Positions 41,753 to 51,924 are shown, counted from the first letter of the stretch. The stretch: DNA of 64,000 nt from an uncultured delta proteobacterium (GCA_963706575.1 CAVPNL010000001.1:160001-224000), one strand, 5' to 3'. The notes: generated by a model from the sequence alone, not told the origin. Numbers and translations are program-made.

Positions 41753-42447
41753 TTGTCGGAGATCTAAAACCGCTAGAAGAAATCATTACTGCTATTAAAG
41801 ACTTCAAGCAGGTGCTCGTTCTGGGATGCGGCAGCTGCGTGACGGTTTGTCTTTCCGGCGGAGAAAAAGAGGCCGAGCAGCTCAGCCGCGATCTTTCTCG
41901 CATGCGGCACTACCAGGGCCCCCCGCCGAAATTTGTGGTCGGCTCAATTCTCAGGCAGTGTGAAAAGGACCTGGTAAACGAATACCAGGAAATACCCCCT
42001 GGAACCGATGCCGTGTTATCGCTGGCCTGCGGTGCCGGTGTTCAAACCCTGGCGGATGCCTATGAGCCCCTGCCGGTGATCCCGGCCCTGAATACGACAT
42101 TCCTGGGAGCGTCGGACAAACCGGGGACATGGACTGAAAAATGCAAAGGCTGCGGAGACTGTATTCTGATTCATACCGGGGGTATCTGCCCGATTGCGCG
42201 CTGCGCCAAGAGCCTTTTCAACGGCCCCTGCGGCGGCTCCAAAGGGGGCTATTGTGAAGTCGGCCAGGGTACTCCCTGCGCATGGACCCAGATTGTTGCC
42301 CGGCTCAAGAAAATGAACAAGCTGCACTGTTATGAGGAAATTCGCACAACCAAAAATTGGAAACTGGGTGGCGCATCCGGGGTCCGAAGGCGCGTGCGAA
42401 CCGGTCTGGCTGATGGTTCAAACACGAACCAAATTAAAAATAGCTAA
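41749..42447 (+). CDS. Methylenetetrahydrofolate reductase C-terminal-domain protein (MetV-like)
   Basis: GCGSCVTVC, ACGAGVQ, CAKSLFNGPCGG, CAW. Confidence 0.85.
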   Translation: MIVGDLKPLEEIITAIKDFKQVLVLGCGSCVTVCLSGGEKEAEQLSRDLSRMRHYQGPPPKFVVGSILRQCEKDLVNEYQEIPPGTDAVLSLACGAGVQTLADAYEPLPVIPALNTTFLGASDKPGTWTEKCKGCGDCILIHTGGICPIARCAKSLFNGPCGGSKGGYCEVGQGTPCAWTQIVARLKKMNKLHCYEEIRTTKNWKLGGASGVRRRVRTGLADGSNTNQIKNS

Positions 42448-42489
42448 TGTGTTGCCTTTAAAAAAGTTTTCTGGTTTTTCGTTTCAGCT

Positions 42490-42601
42490 GGTTCAGGGTT
42501 CAAGGTTCAAAGGTTCAAGCGTTGTAGTGCTTGATTATCAATTTTGAATTTCTGGACTCTTAACCCCGAACGCTGAACCTCTGAACCTTTGAGCCTTTGA
42601 A
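42490..42601. repeat. Inverted 7/8-mer repeat element
   Basis: (ggttcaR)x4 ... gaacgctgaacctctgaacctttgagcctttgaa. Confidence 0.7.
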
Positions 42602-42602
42602 T

Positions 42603-44027
42603 ATGGAAATAAACGAAATTGACATACTCTCCGTCGGGGTTGATGTCGGCAGCTCAACCAGCCATCTGGTTTTTTCAAATCTGTTTCTGAAAAAGGATGA
42701 ACGCTCAGAGACACGACGCTTCAAGATTCGGGAAAGAAACATACTGTATGAAGGACGAATCACCCATACGCCTTTACTTGACGATAAAACAATAGATATC
42801 GATAGTTTAACTGAATTTTTTAAAGAAGAATATAAGCGTGCGGGGATTGATCCGACCGATATTCAAACCGGCGCAGTAATTGTCACCGGCGAGTCCGCTC
42901 GCAAAAAAAACGCCCGCCAAATTGCCGAGGCACTTTCCAGTGATGCCGGAAAATTTGTGGCGGCAACGGCCGGGCCCAATTTCGAAGGCATACTGGCCGC
43001 ATTGGGTTCCGGTGCGGCGGCCCGCTCAAAGGATCATAACAAGACCATAATATCCTGTGACATTGGTGGCGGTACGTCAAACATCGCCGCCATCATAAAC
43101 GGTCAGACCGTCTCAACCAGCTGCATCTCTGTCGGTGGGCGGTTGTTGGGCGTCAGTTCCGAAGGGAAAATTTGGCGCATTGACAAACCGGCCCGACAAA
43201 CTTTTCAACATCTGGGATTGAATTACAAAATCGGGGATCGAATTTCGCAGCAGGATATCAAAAGAATCAGTGCCGCTTTTGCCGAAGTGTTATTCGAGGT
43301 CATTACCGGCCCCGCAAAGTCAGCGTTAGCCCGACAACTCATGCTGACCGATGATTTGCAATTTCCCGACCGCATTGACGAATATTCATTTTCCGGGGGG
43401 ATTGCGGAATTGATGTACGGGGGTCTCAACCATTATGATGATATCGGGCAAATTCTGGCCGATGAAATAAATTTGCTAACTCCCGGATTGACTGCTGCGG
43501 TTGTGGAGCCCGCCAATAAAATCAGAGCGACTGTCATTGGGGCCGGCGCCTATTCATTATCAATTTCCGGCTCTTCGTGTTTTAGGGATGATCAAATTGC
43601 GTTTCCAATAAGAAATGTGCCGGTCATCCGGGTGGACATCGATCGATCAAAATTGAGTTTTGACCATATTCTGGAGCAGATAAACATCTCCTTTCAACGA
43701 TTTGATTTAAAAGAAGGCGAGGAGATCGTCGCGCTATACTTTAAAGACCCGGTAATGGCGTCTTATCCCCAGCTGGAATTGTTTGCCCGATCAATTGAAG
43801 CGGCTTTGGACGATTCAATCGAGAAGCGTATACCGATTATTTTGATCTTTGAAACAGATATTGCCTGCGGCGTCGGCAACGTCATCCGTCGTGAAACCCG
43901 GTTAAAAACCAATTTGCTGACTCTAGATGAGCTAACGTTGAAAGAAGGCGATTGGGTCGATATTGGTGAACCTCTGGTGGCCGGCCAGGTATTTCCGGTT
44001 ACCGTAAAATCACTTGTCTTCCATTGA
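42603..44027 (+). CDS. eutA: EutA-like reactivating ATPase
   Basis: SVGVDVGSSTSHLVFS, GAVIVTGE, DIGGGTSN, IRATVIGAG, PVTVKSLVF. Confidence 0.85.
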   Translation: MEINEIDILSVGVDVGSSTSHLVFSNLFLKKDERSETRRFKIRERNILYEGRITHTPLLDDKTIDIDSLTEFFKEEYKRAGIDPTDIQTGAVIVTGESARKKNARQIAEALSSDAGKFVAATAGPNFEGILAALGSGAAARSKDHNKTIISCDIGGGTSNIAAIINGQTVSTSCISVGGRLLGVSSEGKIWRIDKPARQTFQHLGLNYKIGDRISQQDIKRISAAFAEVLFEVITGPAKSALARQLMLTDDLQFPDRIDEYSFSGGIAELMYGGLNHYDDIGQILADEINLLTPGLTAAVVEPANKIRATVIGAGAYSLSISGSSCFRDDQIAFPIRNVPVIRVDIDRSKLSFDHILEQINISFQRFDLKEGEEIVALYFKDPVMASYPQLELFARSIEAALDDSIEKRIPIILIFETDIACGVGNVIRRETRLKTNLLTLDELTLKEGDWVDIGEPLVAGQVFPVTVKSLVFH

Positions 44028-44063
44028 AGTTAGGATTTCTTCAGGATGGAGCTTGTTTACGTA

Positions 44064-44846
44064 TCAGGATGTCTGGTGATTGTTGAGGAGCTGTTTTTGA
44101 ATCCGCTGGCTGATGGTCCTGGCGGCCTTTTGGGTCTGGCCGGTAAGGGTTTTCATCTTTTTTTCATCAAGACTGGCTTTGAATCCGACAATCCAAATGG
44201 CCGACCGTAATTGTCCCAGGCCGATTAACGGCGATGCCACCGCCCGGACACCCAGGATATATTCTTCATCATCGACGGCGAATCCTTTTTCTCTGACCTG
44301 CTTCAGCTCCTGGAAATAGGCCGCTGTATCGACGATCGAATTATCCGTGAAGCGGGGCAGCCCTTTTGATTTGACTATTTTGCGGGCCTGTTCCTCATCC
44401 ATTGATGCCAGGAAAACTTTGCCCACAGCGCCGGCCAGCATAGGTATGGTGGTGCCGATCGGGGCCGTAATTTTAAGATCCTGTCTGGACTCGACAATAT
44501 CCAGCACGGTCACATGATCCCAGTTGAGGATGCCCAGAAAAACCGATGTCCGGGTTTTTTCCATCAGTTCTTCCATAACCGGCCGTGCCGAAGTTTTGAG
44601 ATCAACCTGGGAATAAGCCGAGCGGCCGATTTCAAACAGGGTAAAACCCAGTTTATATTTTTTGGTCAGCGGATTCCGCATAACGGCTCCCAGCTCTTCC
44701 AGGGTCGATGTCATGCCGTGGACCGTGCTCTTGGCCATCTTGAGTTTTTTGGCCAGTTCGCTCACGCCCAAACCTTTTTGGGATGAAGAAATGGCACTGA
44801 GGATGCCAAAAGCCTTTTTTACGGAAGGTGCACTATATTTTTTCAT
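44064..44846 (-). CDS. IclR family transcriptional regulator
   Basis: N-terminal HTH (AKSTVH), AVGKVFLA, GFAVDDEE. Confidence 0.93.
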   Translation of the reverse strand: MKKYSAPSVKKAFGILSAISSSQKGLGVSELAKKLKMAKSTVHGMTSTLEELGAVMRNPLTKKYKLGFTLFEIGRSAYSQVDLKTSARPVMEELMEKTRTSVFLGILNWDHVTVLDIVESRQDLKITAPIGTTIPMLAGAVGKVFLASMDEEQARKIVKSKGLPRFTDNSIVDTAAYFQELKQVREKGFAVDDEEYILGVRAVASPLIGLGQLRSAIWIVGFKASLDEKKMKTLTGQTQKAARTISQRIQKQLLNNHQTS

Positions 44847-44911
44847 TGTTCTCACTCAAATTCATTTTTTCTAAGGATACATGCGGGCATCAATATTTGT
44901 CAACATAATTT

Positions 44912-44927
44912 GTTCATCTTAATGAAC
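44912..44927. promoter_or_regulatory. Operator GTTCAT-N4-ATGAAC upstream of iclR
   Basis: gttcatcttaatgaac next to a minus-strand TTGACA. Confidence 0.7.
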
Positions 44928-45088
44928 GATCAGTTTCTAAGTTCAGCTAACACAGGCTGCATGCATAGCATTTTTTGATTTGCAACTAATACCCAATAGC
45001 AAAAGATAAATTGAAAAAATAGCGAAGAGGTTATATTTTTACTTGATCAAAAAATTGTGCTGTGGTATCAAGGGTTGTCAGATAGAAT

Positions 45089-45104
45089 GTTCATGATGAT
45101 GAAC
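45089..45104. promoter_or_regulatory. Operator GTTCAT-N4-ATGAAC upstream of AOR operon
   Basis: gttcatgatgatgaac. Confidence 0.7.
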
Positions 45105-45249
45105 CTTATTTATAACCCGCTGAGCGCTTACCCGGGATCGTTTAATTTCAAAGCGCAAAGGCTTTATTAACGCAAAATAAGTATGCGCGGCGGCATGCCT
45201 GCCGGCATTAAACAAAAAGAATCAGATAGAAAACACAAAGGAGAGGAAA

Positions 45250-45510
45250 ATGGCGACCGAAAAAAAAGGCCTTTCAACAGCCGAAAATCTGCGAAAGACG
45301 CGGACCTACGGTAAGTTTCGATGCCACAATCCCAGCTGCATGGAGAGGATTGAGCCGGAAAAGGGCAGCAAAACCGCCAAATGCCCGACATGTGGAATGG
45401 AATACCGGGTCCACTGGATCAATCCCAATTTGCCCCGTATTCGAGGACCGGTCTGGGAGGTCAATAAAAAATTGGTGGAAGCAAAATTAAAAGAAAAGGG
45501 GGTAACCTAA
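45250..45510 (+). CDS. Small zinc-ribbon-like hypothetical protein
   Basis: CHNPSC...CPTC; SD gagg; 1 nt before aor. Confidence 0.75.
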   Translation: MATEKKGLSTAENLRKTRTYGKFRCHNPSCMERIEPEKGSKTAKCPTCGMEYRVHWINPNLPRIRGPVWEVNKKLVEAKLKEKGVT

Positions 45511-45511
45511 T

Positions 45512-47452
45512 ATGGCGTTAAACAGAAAGATCGCATACATTGATCTCACCACCGGCGACATCCAGACCAAACCGATTCCGCTTGAGATCAGGAAAAAGTT
45601 CCTGGGAGGCCGCGGCTTGGATGCCTATCTGCTTTATAATCATACGAAAAAGGGCTGTGATCCGCTGGGCCCTCATAATACGCTGTTGATCAGCGGCGGT
45701 ATCCTGACGGCCACCTGTGCTTCCGCTACTGCCAGAACGCATGTCATGGCAAAATCACCGCTGACCGGAATGCTGGGCAGCACAAATATGGGCGGCTTTT
45801 TCGCGCCCGAGCTGGCCTGGGCGGGCTTTCACCATCTGGTCATCAAAGGTAAAGCCAAACACCCCGTTTATATTTCTATTCATAACGGCGAGATCGAGAT
45901 TCGAGACGCCCGCGACATCTGGGGACAATCCGTGACCGACACCCAGTGGACCATTCGGGAAGACCTGGGGGATGAGGAGGTCAAAAGTTGCGTATGCGGG
46001 CCGGCCGGAGAGAATCTGGTTGCTTTTGCCAACGTTATGACGGGCATTAAAAATGCCGGTGGACGGACGGGTATGGGCTGTGTCATGGGTTCCAAGAATC
46101 TAAAGGCTGTGGCTGCCCGCGGGACCATGGATATTGAAATTGCCCATCCGACTGAAGCTCTGGAATACAACAAGCGCTTCATCGACCAGATCGTCAGCTC
46201 CAAGGTGAATCAAACTCAGGGGGTGCTGGGAACTCCGTTTATCTGGGGTGCGACGAACTGCTTCGGAGGTGTCCGCACCCGGAATTTTCAATACAATCAG
46301 TGTGAATATGCCGATGACATCGAACCCGAGCGTTTCGATGAAATTGCCGAAGAGACTATGGGACCTCATCATATGACCGGATGTTTCGGTTGCCAGGTGC
46401 ATTGCCGGGCTCAGTATAAAATTCCGACAGGCCCTTTGGCTGGAAAATACGATGAAGGGCCTGAATATACCTCCCTGGGGGCTTTTGGGGCCGAGACCGA
46501 AACACCCCGCGCCGAGACGGTGCTGACGGGTAATCATCTGGTCAATCAGTACGGAATGGATAATCTTGAAACCGGCAGTCTCATTTCCTGGGCAATGGAG
46601 CTATACGAACTGGGTATCATCACCGACAAAGAAACCGATGGGCTGGATCTGAGTTTTGGAAACGATGCGGCAGTCATCGAAATGATTGAGCGGATCTGCT
46701 ACCGCAAGGGTTGGCTGGCAGATGCACTTGCCGACGGCGGTATTCCGGCTTCGAAAAAGATCGGGAAAAGCTCCTTTGATTATCTCGTTCAGGTCAAAGG
46801 TATGAATAATTTGAATTCGGATGAACGGCCGACTCCGGCGCTGGCGCTCAATGTTGCCACTGCATCCAGAGGATCGGACCATTTGAGGAGCAGACCGGCC
46901 ATCGACTTGTATCATTTGCCGGAAGAGGTTTTGAGAAAAATTTACAGCAACCCGGTTGCCTATGACGGGCCGTTGAGCTCCGAGCACAGCGAATATGTGG
47001 GCAAACCCTGGCAGGTTTTCTGGCAGGAAAACTGTTTCATGGGCGTCGATTGCCTCGGTATCTGTAAATATCATACAACATTCCTGGGGCCGACCTTGCC
47101 CAATTTCGAAGACTGGACAAAAGTACTTTACTATAATACCGGTCTTGAAATGACACCCGAGGAGATCTGGGAGGTCGCCTTGCGCGGCAACATGATCGAA
47201 AGGCTCTTCAACCTGAGAGAAGGGCTGACGCGAAACGATCTTGAAAAAGGCGATATGCTGAATCATCGCTATTTCGATGAGCCCTGCAAAAGAGGCGCCA
47301 TCGATGTGGTCGGCCTGACGATCGATAAGCAGAAATTCGTTAAGATGGTTGATGAATTTTACGCCCATAAGGGACTCGATCGCAACGGTGTTCCTAAACC
47401 GAAAACCTTAAAAAACCTCGGCCTGGAAAATGAGCCGTCCCATTTACTATAG
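45512..47452 (+). CDS. Aldehyde:ferredoxin oxidoreductase family (W/Mo-bis-pterin)
   Basis: KSPLTG, GPAGEN, GRTGMGCVMGSKNLK, CFGCQVHC, EGPEY. Confidence 0.92.
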   Translation: MALNRKIAYIDLTTGDIQTKPIPLEIRKKFLGGRGLDAYLLYNHTKKGCDPLGPHNTLLISGGILTATCASATARTHVMAKSPLTGMLGSTNMGGFFAPELAWAGFHHLVIKGKAKHPVYISIHNGEIEIRDARDIWGQSVTDTQWTIREDLGDEEVKSCVCGPAGENLVAFANVMTGIKNAGGRTGMGCVMGSKNLKAVAARGTMDIEIAHPTEALEYNKRFIDQIVSSKVNQTQGVLGTPFIWGATNCFGGVRTRNFQYNQCEYADDIEPERFDEIAEETMGPHHMTGCFGCQVHCRAQYKIPTGPLAGKYDEGPEYTSLGAFGAETETPRAETVLTGNHLVNQYGMDNLETGSLISWAMELYELGIITDKETDGLDLSFGNDAAVIEMIERICYRKGWLADALADGGIPASKKIGKSSFDYLVQVKGMNNLNSDERPTPALALNVATASRGSDHLRSRPAIDLYHLPEEVLRKIYSNPVAYDGPLSSEHSEYVGKPWQVFWQENCFMGVDCLGICKYHTTFLGPTLPNFEDWTKVLYYNTGLEMTPEEIWEVALRGNMIERLFNLREGLTRNDLEKGDMLNHRYFDEPCKRGAIDVVGLTIDKQKFVKMVDEFYAHKGLDRNGVPKPKTLKNLGLENEPSHLL

Positions 47453-47462
47453 GAGGAATTAG

Positions 47463-47960
47463 ATGTCTAAAGTACTATACGTAGATCACCAGAAGTGCAC
47501 AGGCTGTCAACTATGTGAGCTTGTGTGCGCTGTGTCGCATGATGGAATATCCAATCCCGCCAGAAGCCGGATCCGGGTGGTGAAATGGGAGGCTGAAGGC
47601 CTGTACATCCCGATGACATGCCAGCAATGCCAGGATGCGCCCTGTCTGAATGTTTGCCCGGTCAAGGCCATCTCGCGCAACGAGGAATCGACCCGGGTGA
47701 CCGTTGATTATGATGTCTGCATCGGCTGTCGTTCGTGTGTTGGCGTATGTCCTTTCGGGGCCATGAGTTTTAATCCCACCGACAGACAGGTCTTCAAGTG
47801 CGACCATTGTGACGGCGATCCGCAGTGTGTCCGGTTCTGTGAAGAAAAGGCTGTGGATTTTATCGAGGCGGACAAGGTGAGCATCAACAAGCGGCGCAAA
47901 GCGGCGGAACGGGTATCGGCCGCGAGCAAGGATGCCGCAGCCCTGGAATCTCAGCTCTAG
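47463..47960 (+). CDS. 4Fe-4S dicluster protein
   Basis: Four Cys clusters; SD aggagg. Confidence 0.92.
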   Translation: MSKVLYVDHQKCTGCQLCELVCAVSHDGISNPARSRIRVVKWEAEGLYIPMTCQQCQDAPCLNVCPVKAISRNEESTRVTVDYDVCIGCRSCVGVCPFGAMSFNPTDRQVFKCDHCDGDPQCVRFCEEKAVDFIEADKVSINKRRKAAERVSAASKDAAALESQL

Positions 47961-48000
47961 CTGACACCTTTCAGCTTACGGTTTTATTTTGGGTAAAAGA

Positions 48001-48039
48001 TAAAGGTTCCCGGTTAACCCGGGAGCCTTTATTTTTTTT
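48001..48039 (+). terminator. Rho-independent terminator
   Basis: aaaggttcccgg/ccgggagccttt stem plus T-run. Confidence 0.8.
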
Positions 48040-48056
48040 GATGAAGAAATGAAACA

Positions 48057-49481
48057 ATGGCAGTTTCCAGTTCAACATATCGCTCTCCCAAAAAAATGGC
48101 CATCATTACAAGCTATTTCAAAGGTGAGACATACGGGCTCCTGGGCCCCCAGATGGCGGCCACCATCATTGAAGACCATGGCGCCTGTGAATGTATCGTC
48201 ATTGCCGTAACCCGCGAAGACGAAAAAGCCACCCTTAAAAGGGTGTTGGCGGATTATTTTGCGGCCCAAAGGTCCATCATCGGCTTTTCTGCCTTAAGCG
48301 GTCGGGAAGATCTTTTCTCGCTGGCCGGTGAATTGAAAGCGGAGGGGGCTATCACGATTCTTGCGGGACCCCAGGCCAACGTTGACTTTTCAGGAGAAAG
48401 GGGCTGGCGCAATCATCCCCATCGCTTCAAGGGTTTTTGGGGATGCTTCGACTTCGGCCTGCAGGGGCCGGCGGAACAGGTGGTTGCGCTGTTACACCGT
48501 CTGGATAAAAATGATGGATTGCTGATCCCCGGTCTGTTATATCTGAACAAGGAAGGTATCGTCAGACAAAATCCTCCTAAGGAATGGGACCACAACTATC
48601 TGGGAAAGGTGCGCTGGGATAATATCTACCGGCTCACCAAAGATGGGGTTGCGCCTTTAAATGTCGATACGGGTCAGGTTCTGCAGCACATCGGCTGTCC
48701 CCATGCCGCCCGAATGACCGAACCGCAGATCGATTATCCAGCTTCAATACGCCAAGGCCAGGGACAAAAGATCAAGCTCAATCTAAAGGGTTGCAGTTTC
48801 TGTGATGTGGCAGCTGACAAAGGATTTCACGGAAAGCTGGATACGGAAACGGTCATCTCTCAAATCCAATGCCTGCCTGAAACACCGCAAGGCAGGAAGA
48901 TTGCGTTTGAACTCATTAATGAAAATCCACTGTCCGCGCTTTCCGGATTGCTGCAAGAATTGCATTCGCGCAACATCAGAATTTCACAGATCAATCTCAC
49001 CTTAAGGGCGGATGGGCTTCTATCAGGGCTGCAGCATTTAAAAGCAGCCTTGAAGGTGGCGGGTAAACTGGGAATTTATATACTGCTGAGCTCAATCGGG
49101 TTTGAGTCATTTGATAACCGCATCCTGCGAAATCTGAACAAAGGCTTGAGTGTCGAAACTAATCTAAAGGCGATTCGTCTCATCCGGCAGCTTAAAGAAG
49201 AATTTGGAGAGGCATTCGGGTATTCCAGCAGGGAAGGGGCCAATCACGGGTTTATCCACCCCACCGCCTGGGACACCGAAGAAACCGCAGCTGAAATCCA
49301 GAAAAATATTTATCTCTATGGGCTGCAAAACGATATCCTGCCGCCGCACAGCACCCCTCTTATAATCCATCACGCTTCGGGCCTGGCAGACTGGATCAGA
49401 GAAATTGAAGGCCGGGAGCGGCTCTGGTTCAAGCGTTACGGCACGGTTATCGGCTGGTGGGGTTCAGCGCACCGCATTTGA
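48057..49481 (+). CDS. Radical SAM-like protein with non-canonical split Cys motif
   Basis: GCPH-(insert)-GCSFC, IGFESF, LRNLNKG. Confidence 0.7.
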   Translation: MAVSSSTYRSPKKMAIITSYFKGETYGLLGPQMAATIIEDHGACECIVIAVTREDEKATLKRVLADYFAAQRSIIGFSALSGREDLFSLAGELKAEGAITILAGPQANVDFSGERGWRNHPHRFKGFWGCFDFGLQGPAEQVVALLHRLDKNDGLLIPGLLYLNKEGIVRQNPPKEWDHNYLGKVRWDNIYRLTKDGVAPLNVDTGQVLQHIGCPHAARMTEPQIDYPASIRQGQGQKIKLNLKGCSFCDVAADKGFHGKLDTETVISQIQCLPETPQGRKIAFELINENPLSALSGLLQELHSRNIRISQINLTLRADGLLSGLQHLKAALKVAGKLGIYILLSSIGFESFDNRILRNLNKGLSVETNLKAIRLIRQLKEEFGEAFGYSSREGANHGFIHPTAWDTEETAAEIQKNIYLYGLQNDILPPHSTPLIIHHASGLADWIREIEGRERLWFKRYGTVIGWWGSAHRI

Positions 49482-49544
49482 GCGAATTTTCTGCTGCCTC
49501 TAGAATGCACTGATGATCACCGGCCGCCTGCTCTCTCTCCACAA

Positions 49545-49692
49545 TTAGACCCTATCTCAAAAATGTCTTTTGGCCCAATATCTTTGTTGGTGCCTCGCTT
49601 TAAATCCTCAACATACAACAGTATGCCTGCGGTTTAAAGCTCGGCTCCGCCGCGATCTTGAACCAAAATCCTATTTTTGAGATGGGGTCTAA
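49545..49692. mobile_element. MITE-like palindromic element
   Basis: TIR ttagaccctatctcaaaaat / atttttgagatggggtctaa; central catac-aaca-gtatg stem. Confidence 0.75.
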
Positions 49693-49707
49693 TAAATTAG
49701 GGCCATA

Positions 49708-51483
49708 TTATCCCGGTATTTTGGTTAATTTAATTTTTTCTTTACCCGATATCACATCATCGATGCCGATTTTCTCCTGTTTGAGGTATTCATCGCCAAA
49801 AGCCTTTTCGATCGCCCCTTCCTGGAAGAGCTTGACGGTGATAAGAACCCTCAGTCGCCGCTTATCGAGCTTATTCACCCCCGTCAGGGGCCAACCGTCA
49901 AGGATTTCCAGCCTTTCTGGCCATTGAAAAATAGCGATGCCCTGTTCCTCCATAAATCGTTGAATTTCTTTTAAGGTAATGGTCTGCCCCGCCTCCGGCT
50001 GGATAAAGGCACAAAGTTTTTCGCCCAGCTTCTCATTCGGCATGCCGACGACTGCAACGTACATCACCTTGGGGTGTCTTACCAGCAGATCCTCTACTGC
50101 TTCAGGGTAGACATTCTCACCGCCACGGATAATCATATCCTTTTTACGGCCTTCCACGACAAAGCGTCCGTCAGGCCTTTGAGACATCAGATCTCCTGAA
50201 TGAAAGAAACCCTTTTTGTCAAAAGCCTTTTCATTCTCTTCAGGATTTCTGAAGTAGCCTTTGAGGTTCAAGAATCCTTTGGCAACCATCTCGCCGATTT
50301 CCCCTTGTTGCACTTCTTCATTTTTTTCATTAAAAATCTTGATTTGGACCAACGGGTCCATATACATCGGGTAGCCGACCGTATACAGTTGAGGTTCCTT
50401 CGGGCTGTCCCAGCGATTGCAAATCAGTGGGCCCTCGGCCATCCCAAAATGATTGACTATATCTACGTCCAATTCAGTCAGGCAAAACTCGGCAAGCTCG
50501 GGTTTTACCTTTTGGGCGGCCACGCCCATAACTCGCAGGGTGGAAAGATCATATGTTTTGCGCAGCTCCAGCGCATTCTTCCAATAGGTTACCTGCACGG
50601 GGATCAAAAGGGTATGGGTCACACCATATTTTTGGATCAGCTCAAAGCTTTCCAGCGGTCTGGGGGATTTTGTCATTACGACGCTTGCCCCCATGAACAG
50701 TGCCGGGCCGGTCATGCCGGTGAAAGAGGCATTGTGTTCAACCGGAATAACGATGAGGGCTACGGACTCCTGGGTATATCCGGCTAATCTCGCATACCCC
50801 TCGAATTGACATATATAATCATTATGGGTTCTGGGTATTCCTTTGGGCAGACCGGTTGTCCCCCCTGACAATTGTTCACAGCAGATGTCATTGGGGTCCG
50901 GTTTGACGTCATCGAGATAGTCCGGTGGAACTTCAGCTTCAATCGGCTGCTCCAGAAGCGCATCCAGACTCAGCCACCCTTGCGGTGGCTTCCCTTCGGC
51001 GACCATCAAGATCTCTAAATAGGGATGCGGGTCTTTTATTTGCTCCACCATTTGCACAAAATCGAACTTCTCAGCGCCCATCACACAGATCCCGCGGGCA
51101 CGGTGGAGCCCGATTTCATGATTGACTTCCAGCTTCCTGTGTCTTGGGAGGCACATTATGGGTATGGCGCCGATCCGATTAAGTCCGAAAAATAGATAGA
51201 AAAATTCAATCACATTGACCATCTGGAGAACAAAGAAGTCCCCATACTGAACCCCTAATCTTTTGAGGTGAATGGCCATTCTGTTTGATTTTTCATGCAA
51301 CGCCTTCCAGGTAATCGCTTTGGTATCATCCGCACAGGCCAGTTTGTCAGGAAAGATATTTGCATTGCGCTCGAGCAGATCATACAAGGTCCAGTTACGC
51401 CAGAATCCTCCGGCAACATATCTGTCTATCTCTTCCTGGGTGAAAGGATGCCAGCCGTCAATAATTTCGCGATGGGTCATCAT
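49708..51483 (-). CDS. Aryl-acid adenylating enzyme/CoA ligase (DhbE-like)
   Basis: LSGGTTGLPKGIPRTHNDY, FGMAEG. Confidence 0.88.
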   Translation of the reverse strand: MMTHREIIDGWHPFTQEEIDRYVAGGFWRNWTLYDLLERNANIFPDKLACADDTKAITWKALHEKSNRMAIHLKRLGVQYGDFFVLQMVNVIEFFYLFFGLNRIGAIPIMCLPRHRKLEVNHEIGLHRARGICVMGAEKFDFVQMVEQIKDPHPYLEILMVAEGKPPQGWLSLDALLEQPIEAEVPPDYLDDVKPDPNDICCEQLSGGTTGLPKGIPRTHNDYICQFEGYARLAGYTQESVALIVIPVEHNASFTGMTGPALFMGASVVMTKSPRPLESFELIQKYGVTHTLLIPVQVTYWKNALELRKTYDLSTLRVMGVAAQKVKPELAEFCLTELDVDIVNHFGMAEGPLICNRWDSPKEPQLYTVGYPMYMDPLVQIKIFNEKNEEVQQGEIGEMVAKGFLNLKGYFRNPEENEKAFDKKGFFHSGDLMSQRPDGRFVVEGRKKDMIIRGGENVYPEAVEDLLVRHPKVMYVAVVGMPNEKLGEKLCAFIQPEAGQTITLKEIQRFMEEQGIAIFQWPERLEILDGWPLTGVNKLDKRRLRVLITVKLFQEGAIEKAFGDEYLKQEKIGIDDVISGKEKIKLTKIPG

Positions 51484-51924
51484 GGTCACCTCCTTTGCAA
51501 ACTGAAGACAAACCTTCCATGGGTCTAACTTCCCTGAAAGCCCAGCTGGCGGGAAAGGGAGCCAGCCGCCTCTCTTAAGGTCGGTTCAATGATTTTTTCT
51601 TTTTCTGAACTGAATTGTACGACAGGCACCGGAATGTTTATCGACGCCGCCACTGTCCGATGCAGATCAAATACCGGCGCTGCATGGTAATTATATGCTC
51701 ATCATTATTCGCATATAAAGGTGCTCTTTCACCGTTTTTGTCAACCCCAAAAACGCTTGTACACTATTTTAGTTGAGAATTGGAATCTGCAAACCGCTTG
51801 ACGAAAAAGAATATAATTGATTTAACATTGACGCTTGCACATCATACAAATGATACAGAACATAAGCTATAAAAAGGATCAGTTTGAAATTGCGGGATGA
51901 ATTAAAATAGAGGGGGGGAGTTTG

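Noticed and set aside
46601..47368. Long antisense ORFs (also 1668-2240, 11724-12323, 25717-26328, 61416-62051, 62433-63128)
   Set aside because: They are shadows of well-supported genes on the opposite strand and have no recognisable motifs.
45512..47452. Class II benzoyl-CoA reductase BamB
   Set aside because: It retains AOR-type EGPEY and CxxCxxxC motifs and no other bam genes are adjacent.
51540..51690. Cobalamin riboswitch (gccgccactgt)
   Set aside because: Other conserved elements (B12 box, GGGAA..GGTG spacing) were not found.
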